Assembly: GCA_037305845.1 (NCBI GenBank)
Contig: CP147778.1
Location: 2,784,001-2,848,000, forward strand
Source: Candidatus Freyarchaeum deiterrae
GTDB lineage: Archaea > Asgardarchaeota > Jordiarchaeia > Jordiarchaeales > Jordiarchaeaceae
DNA length: 64,000 nt
Direction of reading: 5' to 3'
In this document: piece by piece, positions 56,998 to 64,000 of the stretch
How the letters are laid out: every line of letters begins with the position of its first letter
How positions within the stretch are numbered: the first letter of the stretch is position 1
Program-made: the position numbers and the translations under genes
Notes under the pieces: model-generated
Seen by the model: the letters and a program-made list of their open reading frames with translations, nothing else
The model's database searches: none
Told to the model about the DNA's origin: nothing

Positions 56998-59181
56998 ATG
57001 CATAATCAGATGCAACATAAAGAGCATCAAAATCACGCTCATCACATAGAAGAGTTCAGAAGGAGACTATGGGTTTCTCTCATACTAACAATACCCGTTT
57101 TACTTCTTTCAGCGACTATCCAGTCGTGGTTTGGTTTCAAAATAAACATCCCATACCAGAATGTGGTTTTGCTCCTTCTGTCTTCCGTTATTTACTTTTA
57201 CGGCGGATGGCCCTTCATAAAAGGCATGGTGCAGGAAATAGGAGACCGACATCCCGGAATGATGACCCTTATAAGTACAGCAATATCCGTGGCCTTTTTC
57301 TACTCCGCCGGGACGGTATTCTTCATAAGCGGAGAGGGCTTCTTCTGGGAACTTGCTACCCTAATTGATGTAATGCTTCTCGGACACTGGATAGAAGCAA
57401 AAAGTGTCCTCGGTGCTTCGAGAGCACTAGAAGAACTAGTTAGAATAATGCCCACAACAGCCCACCTAGTGAAAAACAGTAATATCGTAGATGTACCAGT
57501 CTCCCGGTTAAAGGCCGGTGATATCGTTCTGGTTCGTCCAGGCGAGAAAGTACCTTCTGATGGCTTGGTAGTTGATGGGGAATCCTTTCTCAACGAAGCC
57601 CTTCTGACAGGGGAATCCAAACCAGCCCATAAAAAAATAGAGGACAAAGTTATAGGCGGCTCCATAAACACGGAAGGCGGTCTGAGGGTTAGAATAGAGA
57701 GGACAGGGGAAGAAACCTATCTGTCACAGGTAATAAAACTTGTGAGAGAAGCTCAGGAAAGCAGGTCCAGAACTCAGGATCTGGCAAACAGAGCAGCGGC
57801 TCTTCTTTTTTACGTTGCAATAAGTGTTGGAGCAACAACCTTCCTAGTATGGTACCTCCTCGGAACTCCTGACTTCGCCCTTGAGAGATCCGTCACCGTT
57901 CTGGTCATAGCCTGTCCCCACGCCCTAGGCCTGGCTATACCTCTCGTTGTCGCTTTATCCACCTCAATAACTGCGAAGAGTGGAATCCTCATAAGAGATA
58001 GGAGAGCCTTTGAAGAGGCTAGGGATATAAATGCTGTTGTGTTTGACAAGACCGGCACACTAACGGAGGGCAAGTTTGGTGTAAGCGACATGGTTTCCTT
58101 CGTCTCAGAAGACGAACTCTTAAATCTGACCGCGAGTGTAGAACTCGACTCGGAGCATATAATAGCAAAGGCTATCGTGGAATACGCCAAGGAAAAAGGT
58201 ATACAAACTCCTCAGGTGCAGGAATTCAGAGCGATACCCGGTAAGGGTGCCTACGGAAGGGTTGAGGGCAGAGAAGTTTATGTGGGAAGCCCAAACCTCT
58301 TGGAAGAGATGAACATAGAGATAAAGGACAAGAAGATAAAAAAACTAATGGAGCAGGGAAAAACGGTCGTTTTTACAGTGGTTGATGGAAAACTCGCCGG
58401 TGCCTTCGCGCTCTCCGATAGGATAAGGAAAGAATCCTACGAAGCGGTTAAAAAACTAAAGGAATTAGGGGTAAAGGTTTACATGCTCACAGGTGATTCC
58501 GAAGAAGTCGCTCGATGGGTTGCAAAGGAACTCGGTATAGACGACTACTTTGCCCAGGTTCTACCTCATCAAAAGTCAGAAAAAGTCGAACTCTTGAAGA
58601 ATCAAGGCTATAGGGTTGCTATGGTTGGCGACGGTATAAACGACGCCCCAGCCCTAGTTACAGCCGATGTTGGAATCGCCATAGGTGCTGGAACAGATGT
58701 AGCTATTGAAAGCGCAGACATAATTCTTGTGAAAAATGACCCGAGGGATGTTACAAAAGTTGTTGATATTTCAAAGAAATCATACTCAAAGATGTACCAG
58801 AATCTGTGGTGGGCGGCGGGTTATAACATATTCGCCATACCCTTAGCAGCAGGCATCCTATACAATTACGGCATACTTATAATTCCTGCTCTCGGGGCTC
58901 TGTTCATGTCCGCAAGCACCATCATAGTCGCCTTAAACAGCCAAACTCTGAGGAAATATGAACCAAAAGGAGTAGAATTTTTAGAGAAGAAGCAAATAAC
59001 CACAGATCCAGTTTGCGGGATGAAGGTAGAACCAGAAGAGGCTGCGGGTAAGGCTGAGTATAAGGGGTACGTTTTCTACTTCTGTTCAGAAGAACATGAA
59101 AAGGAATTCAAGAAAAATCCTGAAAAATACTTCTCCAAGGCGAAGAAGAAACAGGAGGAACATAAGCCCCATCATCACTAA
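56998..59181 (+). CDS. copB: P1B-3 copper ATPase (His-rich N-term, CPH) with C-terminal YHS domain
   Basis: HQNHAHH, PGMMTL, LGHWIE, CPH, DKTGT, GYN, MSAST and DPVCGM..YFCS. Confidence 0.93.
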   Translation: MHNQMQHKEHQNHAHHIEEFRRRLWVSLILTIPVLLLSATIQSWFGFKINIPYQNVVLLLLSSVIYFYGGWPFIKGMVQEIGDRHPGMMTLISTAISVAFFYSAGTVFFISGEGFFWELATLIDVMLLGHWIEAKSVLGASRALEELVRIMPTTAHLVKNSNIVDVPVSRLKAGDIVLVRPGEKVPSDGLVVDGESFLNEALLTGESKPAHKKIEDKVIGGSINTEGGLRVRIERTGEETYLSQVIKLVREAQESRSRTQDLANRAAALLFYVAISVGATTFLVWYLLGTPDFALERSVTVLVIACPHALGLAIPLVVALSTSITAKSGILIRDRRAFEEARDINAVVFDKTGTLTEGKFGVSDMVSFVSEDELLNLTASVELDSEHIIAKAIVEYAKEKGIQTPQVQEFRAIPGKGAYGRVEGREVYVGSPNLLEEMNIEIKDKKIKKLMEQGKTVVFTVVDGKLAGAFALSDRIRKESYEAVKKLKELGVKVYMLTGDSEEVARWVAKELGIDDYFAQVLPHQKSEKVELLKNQGYRVAMVGDGINDAPALVTADVGIAIGAGTDVAIESADIILVKNDPRDVTKVVDISKKSYSKMYQNLWWAAGYNIFAIPLAAGILYNYGILIIPALGALFMSASTIIVALNSQTLRKYEPKGVEFLEKKQITTDPVCGMKVEPEEAAGKAEYKGYVFYFCSEEHEKEFKKNPEKYFSKAKKKQEEHKPHHH

Positions 59182-59321
59182 AAAAACATTTTTCAGTTTA
59201 TCCCGTGGCTTCGGGCTAAGCAACCCTTAACATCATATCTCACCTTTCGACCTGGTCACTTAACTGAAGGTACCACTTAAGGGCTTAGACTTGCTGATAG
59301 TCAGAGAATAGAAAACTTTCA

Positions 59322-60722
59322 TCACTCCACACAACAGCTCATTTTGGTTATATCCCTTCTGAAGGATTGAGCAGTAATTTTTATTGCTTCGGATAATGTT
59401 GGGAATATGTGCAATGTGTCTATTACATCATCAATAGTCATTCTATTTTTGACAATCATAACTCCCTCATGTATTAAATCGGCAGCCCCGGATGCTAAGA
59501 TGTGAATTCCTATTATCTCCTGTGTTTGTTTATCAATTACAATTTTTACCGCTCCCCTTGTATCCTTGATTGCCTGTCCTTTCGGCACCAGTTCCATAGG
59601 AACGGTGTTGCATGCACAACTTATTCCCTTTTCATTTGCCAGTGCGTCTGTTAAGCCTACCCCTGCAAGCTGAGGATCGGTGAATACTGCCTGGGGGACA
59701 ACCCGGTAATCCATTGTTTTCTTATTTTCAGAAAGAGCATTGTTTACTGCAATCATCCCCTCTTTCGCTGCAACAGTTTCAAGCATCGGTTCTCCGGTAA
59801 CATCTCCAGCAGCCCAAAAATTCTCCACTGCCCGCATTTCCTCATTAACAATAACTTCTCCTTCCCTACCCAACCTGATTCCGAGTTTTTCCAACCCCAT
59901 ATCGGAAGTATTTGGTCTTCTTCCAGTTGCAACTAGTAATTGCTCTCCTCTGTATGATTTTTCTTTTCCATCAACAACCGCTTTTACAATTTTTTCCTTT
60001 CCTTCCAGTCTAACTCTTTTGATTTCAGCCCCCGTGTGAATTTCTATTCCCTCATCTTGTAAGTATCCTTGCAGAAGGCTGGTAAGTTCTGGTTCCTCTT
60101 TTGGAATAATCCTATTCGCTCTTTGCAGAAGACAAATCTCAGTTCCAAATCTTGAAAACATCTGAGCAAATTCTATTCCTAACGGCCCTCCACCAAGAAC
60201 TATTAGGGAGTTAGGTAATTCTTTCAACTGTAACACCTCAATGTTGGTGAGATAATCAACTTCGTTAATTCCCTCAATGGGAGGTACAGATGTTGAAGAA
60301 CCGGTTGCAATAATGAACTTATTTGCTTTGTAAACTTCTCCGTTCACCTGAACTTCAGTTTTTGAAACAAATTTAGCGTTGCCTTCAACGTATTCAACAC
60401 TAGAGAATTCCCTTAACACGCTCTCGTACTTTTCTTTCCTAAATTTCTCAACGAGTTTATCCTTTTCCTCGATAATGGTTTTGAAGTCAAAAGAAGCTGA
60501 TGCACTCAACCCTTCAAGGTTATGTGCTTTCATTTTGTGAATAACTTCTCCCACGTACAATAAGTGTTTAGTTGGTAAACAACCAACATTTACACAGGTT
60601 CCACCCATTCCAACAGCACTATTGTTTACCATCAACGTCTCAGCTTCAAATTCGTTGGCCTTCATAGCCGCAGCAAACCCTGCCGCTCCACCACCCAAAA
60701 TAATCAGGTGAAATCGGTTCAA
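59322..60722 (-). CDS. merA: mercuric reductase (no NmerA domain)
   Basis: GGGAAG, GGTCVNVGCLP, VFTDP, FPTLSE and C-terminal MSCC. Confidence 0.92.
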   Translation of the reverse strand: MNRFHLIILGGGAAGFAAAMKANEFEAETLMVNNSAVGMGGTCVNVGCLPTKHLLYVGEVIHKMKAHNLEGLSASASFDFKTIIEEKDKLVEKFRKEKYESVLREFSSVEYVEGNAKFVSKTEVQVNGEVYKANKFIIATGSSTSVPPIEGINEVDYLTNIEVLQLKELPNSLIVLGGGPLGIEFAQMFSRFGTEICLLQRANRIIPKEEPELTSLLQGYLQDEGIEIHTGAEIKRVRLEGKEKIVKAVVDGKEKSYRGEQLLVATGRRPNTSDMGLEKLGIRLGREGEVIVNEEMRAVENFWAAGDVTGEPMLETVAAKEGMIAVNNALSENKKTMDYRVVPQAVFTDPQLAGVGLTDALANEKGISCACNTVPMELVPKGQAIKDTRGAVKIVIDKQTQEIIGIHILASGAADLIHEGVMIVKNRMTIDDVIDTLHIFPTLSEAIKITAQSFRRDITKMSCCVE

Positions 60723-60871
60723 GTTTATTCACCATCTTCTTTTTGCTTGGCAAAAATATACTCTGCTCAATAAGTACTAAATGAAACTTCTGTGTTTAAT
60801 CTATAAAATTATAAAAATTACAAGTTTTTTCGAGTTTAGTACGGTATGAGAATCCGTGTAAGTACAATATG

Positions 60872-61033
60872 TTAATACACGAAATACATCATCCACAACA
60901 TCCACCACATGCCGGACATGTGCCACCACATACCGCCTGTCCATATTAGTGCTCCAACTAGGATCACTAATACTACTAAAACAGCTAATATACTACCCAA
61001 TAATATTGTATTAGTAGATCTGTCTTCACTCAT
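60872..61033 (-). CDS. 53-aa membrane protein with Met/Trp/His-rich tail (below ORF-track cutoff)
   Basis: GGAGG SD; MSEDRSTNTILLGSILAVLVVLVILVGALIWTGGMWWHMSGMWWMLWMMYFVY*. Confidence 0.7.
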   Translation of the reverse strand: MSEDRSTNTILLGSILAVLVVLVILVGALIWTGGMWWHMSGMWWMLWMMYFVY

Positions 61034-61184
61034 TTTGAAACCTCCAAATGTATTATTCCCAACTTTACAATAGTTAAGTACAATTAAAAACCTCTACTTT
61101 GATATTATTAAATTTATTCTACTAAAGGCAGCAATATACCTGTATGAAACTCATTGCGCTATTTCCTAGAAAACTAGCCTATTC

Positions 61185-61755
61185 TCAAAAGAGCTTGTTA
61201 CGCCCCTCAGGATGCCGATTACGACGATCTGGAGGAACCATCACGTAGCAGTTGCTCGTGGAGTGTCTTATTATTTGCCACACATTTGCTCCAAGACCCC
61301 ACAAAAAGATTTTTTCATCAGGTTCAATTCGGATAAATATGGGGTCACCCAGCATCCTAGTGTGTTCCAGACTGCTTTTCAGAACTCTTGAACTCTGGAA
61401 CATCCTTAGAGCAACCGGATCATCGGCTGCGAGAATTTCTGCTGTCCCCTGAAACTGAACACACGACTGTGGTACGAATCGCAGAAAATAGTGGGGAAAG
61501 GGCACAACAAACGAAACATTATGATTCATCTTGATGTTCTTTGCTTTCCTTAGCGTTGGTCTTGTTATTAAATAGAGAGAAAATGGCAGCTCTGAAGACG
61601 GGATGCCGTAGACGACTCCAACCGAGTGGGGTCTTCCTTGAGGAGTTACAGTGCTTAGAATTCCAAAGTTTTTCTTGCGTAACTGCTTTTCAACATAGGC
61701 AAATGTAAAGGGAGCTAAAATTGTAGCCCCCCCTTTGACTTTTTGTTTCTGTCAT
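61185..61755 (-). pseudogene. pyridoxamine 5'-phosphate oxidase-like (FMN/F420 split barrel) gene with +1 frameshift in G7 run
   Basis: AAGGAG SD + ATG 61755. GILSTVTPQGRPHSVGVVY...RKAKNIKMNHNVSF lies in the 61185 frame, which has no canonical start before 61529; G6 would join them. Confidence 0.75.
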
Positions 61756-61783
61756 TTAAGTGATCTCCTTCCGTTCGATGCGT

Positions 61784-61981
61784 CTAGCAACAACAACCAT
61801 GATGTCCTGAATGCCCTGAGTGTCCTGATTGTCTACCAGTGCCCATGTATTCCATTGGGTTTTCGTCAAACGTTGTCTTGCATGCTTGGTTGCAGAAATA
61901 GTAGGTTTTGCCCATGTGCTCCGACTTGTACTTGGCTGTCTTTTCGTCCACGTTCATACCGCAAACTGGATCTTTAGCCAT
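61784..61981 (-). CDS. YHS/TRASH domain metallochaperone with His/Cys tail
   Basis: DPVCGM...YYFCNQAC...F..NP..Y plus GHSGHSGHHGCCC. Confidence 0.88.
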   Translation of the reverse strand: MAKDPVCGMNVDEKTAKYKSEHMGKTYYFCNQACKTTFDENPMEYMGTGRQSGHSGHSGHHGCCC

Positions 61982-62007
61982 ATTCATTCACACTCCTTTT
62001 CTAATTT

Positions 62008-64000
62008 TTATTCAATTATTACCTGTTTTTCATCAGTTTCTACACTACTCGCAAGTTTTTCTGGAATTGTTTTTTTAGCTTTGAGTTTCTTCTCGAATTT
62101 AAATTTGGAAAATTTTAGTGTCGCTGAGTTGGTGACCACGGTTAGCGAGCTAATCGCCATCGCTCCCGCAGCGAATATCGGATTTAGTAGTCCCAAAGCA
62201 GCTATAGGCACCATGACTGTATTATAGATGAATGCCCAGAACAGGTTAGAATTGATTTTTCTCATGGTTTTTTTGCTCAGCTCTATACTAAGAGCCACAT
62301 CTCTCAAATCGTCTTTAATCAGAACTATTCCGCCAGTCTCTTTTGCGATGTCTGTTCCACTTCCGATCGCTATGCCGATGTCGGATTGTGCAAGTGCTGG
62401 TGCATCGTTTATACCGTCTCCTACCATAGCTACGGTTTTGCCTTGGTCTTGCAGTTTTTTAATGGCGTCAACTTTTTCCCACGGCAACACGTTCGCTATT
62501 ACGTTGTCGATGCCCAATTGTTTGGCTATTGCGTCTGCGGTTCTTCCGTTGTCTCCTGTGAGCATCACTACTTCCAAGCCCATGTCTTTCAGTTCTTCTA
62601 TTGCTTCAACAGCGTCTTCTTTGGGTGTATCCATAGCAGCGACTATTCCCGCGGGTTTTCCACTTACCGCCAAAATCATTGCTGTTTTGCCTTGTCTCTC
62701 AAGTTTCCTAAGATCCTTTTCCAAGCCTTCAATGGAAATTTTTTCCTTTTTCATGAGTTTCCGGTTTCCAAGGAATATTCTCTTGTTCTTGTATTTGCAT
62801 TGCACCCCGTGCCCAGGCACTGCCTCAAAAGAGTCTGCATCAGGAATATTAAGACCAGATTCGTGTGCTGCATTCACTATTGCTTCTGCCAACGGATGTT
62901 CAGAACCCTTTTCAGCGATGGCTGCAAACTTCAGTACATCCTTCTCTGTGTAGTCGCTATAAGTTACGATGTCTGTGACTGACGGTTCACCTTTGGTCAA
63001 CGTTCCCGTTTTATCAAATATTACGGTACTAAGTTTTCTGGCTTTTTCTACGTATTCGCCGCTTCTAAGTAATACACCGTATTCTGCACCTTTGCCAACA
63101 CCAGCCAAAATCGCGGCAGGAGTGGCAATACCTAACGCACACGGACATGCAATCAAGATAACAGCGAGCAAAGCAAGAAAAGCAAAGGAGAACCCCCTAG
63201 CAAAATACCAGTACGTAAATGAAATCGCTGCAGTAGCGAAGATTATAGGAACAAATTTCGAAACAACACGGTCAGCAAACTTCTGAACGGGTGCGCTCGA
63301 AGCTTGGGCCTCCTCAACTAAACGCACAATTTGCGATAAAGCAGTATCCTCTCCGACTTTAGTGGCTCTTATTTTCAATAAGCCGTTTTTGTTCATTGTG
63401 GCACCTATAACTTCGCTTCCTACGTTCTTTTCGACAGGAATGCTTTCACCCGTGATTATCTTCTCGTCGACAGAAGAGTCTCCTGTAATTACTTCCCCGT
63501 CTGTCGGAATCTTCTCGCCAGGCTTGACGATAATAGTGTCGCCCAACTGAAGTTCATCTATTGGAATTTCAACTTCTTCTCCGTTCTTAAGCACTCTTGC
63601 TATAGTTGGTTGAAGCTCAAGTAACTTCCGAATCGATGCCGCTGATTTTCGTCTTATGGTTTCTTCAATGTATTTACCTAACAGGACAAAGGCTAGTATT
63701 GCGACTGATATTTCCAAGTATCCGAATCCGCTTCCGGCAGGCAAAATTTTGTTCGCAAGTTGCGGGAGAAATGGATTGAGAAAATTATACCACCAAGCGG
63801 CTAGCTGTTCCAAGAAGGTGCTACTGTTCATTTGCAGTGCAAATTGTGGGAAAAAGGCATTTACAGCACCATACCCCCAGCCCGCCAATACTCCAGCAGA
63901 GACCAGTACATCCATGTTTATAGCTCGATTTCTTAGCGAGTTGTATGCTCCTTTAATAATACTCCATCCAGCAATCCAGACGATAGGTGTTGCCAGCAGA
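62008..64000 (-). CDS. copA: second Cu(I)-type P1B-1 ATPase, 5' truncated by window edge
   Basis: Frame open to the edge ([17 protein letters not shown]); TGES, CPC, DKTGT, SEHP, YN and GDGINDAP motifs. Confidence 0.93.
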   Translation of the reverse strand, partial: LLATPIVWIAGWSIIKGAYNSLRNRAINMDVLVSAGVLAGWGYGAVNAFFPQFALQMNSSTFLEQLAAWWYNFLNPFLPQLANKILPAGSGFGYLEISVAILAFVLLGKYIEETIRRKSAASIRKLLELQPTIARVLKNGEEVEIPIDELQLGDTIIVKPGEKIPTDGEVITGDSSVDEKIITGESIPVEKNVGSEVIGATMNKNGLLKIRATKVGEDTALSQIVRLVEEAQASSAPVQKFADRVVSKFVPIIFATAAISFTYWYFARGFSFAFLALLAVILIACPCALGIATPAAILAGVGKGAEYGVLLRSGEYVEKARKLSTVIFDKTGTLTKGEPSVTDIVTYSDYTEKDVLKFAAIAEKGSEHPLAEAIVNAAHESGLNIPDADSFEAVPGHGVQCKYKNKRIFLGNRKLMKKEKISIEGLEKDLRKLERQGKTAMILAVSGKPAGIVAAMDTPKEDAVEAIEELKDMGLEVVMLTGDNGRTADAIAKQLGIDNVIANVLPWEKVDAIKKLQDQGKTVAMVGDGINDAPALAQSDIGIAIGSGTDIAKETGGIVLIKDDLRDVALSIELSKKTMRKINSNLFWAFIYNTVMVPIAALGLLNPIFAAGAMAISSLTVVTNSATLKFSKFKFEKKLKAKKTIPEKLASSVETDEKQVIIE

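Noticed and set aside
59200-59300. Hammerhead ribozyme or SECIS
   Set aside because: CTGANGA and GAAA are not on the same strand, and no in-frame TGA in the adjacent genes.
60890-60945. Cys-rich reading VCGGTCPACGGCCG in the +1 frame of the micro-protein
   Set aside because: Preceded directly by TAA with no start; ATG-TGG (Met-Trp) codons read Cys-Gly when shifted, so it is explained as a by-product.
62228-63550. Long + strand ORFs (241, 198, 105 and 62 aa) and similar antisense ORFs in other ATPases
   Set aside because: Antisense shadows of well-supported P-type ATPase genes.

Overview
Archaeal chromosomal DNA, based on BRE/TATA promoters, GGTGA/GAGG-type SD sites, archaeal thiolase/HMGS-DUF35 genes and T-rich terminators. 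It is probably an Asgard archaeon (inference from a longin/roadblock protein and a Sec23/24-type Zn-finger-vWA protein); the exact lineage cannot be fixed from sequence alone. No rRNA, tRNA, CRISPR array, transposase or integrase was seen. There are about 50 CDS. Enzymes include two metallophosphatases, a P2-type ATPase, a methyltransferase-ATP-grasp fusion, a GH31 glycosidase, a corrinoid protein, Fe-S proteins, a small rhamnose-glycosylation patch, an Adc/thiolase/HMGS-DUF35 cluster and a polytopic S8 protease. Also present are a repeat-built 1140-aa surface protein, three tandem paralog sets (DUF998-like x3, a membrane pair, an ArsR pair) and a heavy-metal island at the right end (three P1B ATPases, MerA, YHS proteins). 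Best candidates for something new: (i) a 45.6-51.8 kb neighbourhood of trafficking-like folds (Sec23/24-like, tri-longin/roadblock, duplicated V4R/TRAPP-like, SHOCT/steadiness-box-like); (ii) an 82-nt stem-closed RNA candidate upstream of a stand-alone HNH nuclease; (iii) two unannotated tandem ~72-aa paralogous peptides with odd decoding; (iv) a YHS chaperone with its own SD+ATG embedded in-frame in copA; (v) a PhlABC-like cluster with a catalytically dead HMGS. Genes missed by the ORF track were recovered by hand: edge-truncated genes, a 53-aa Met/Trp-rich protein, a HicA remnant and a frameshifted PNPOx-like gene. All family calls come from motif recognition by eye, with no database searches.
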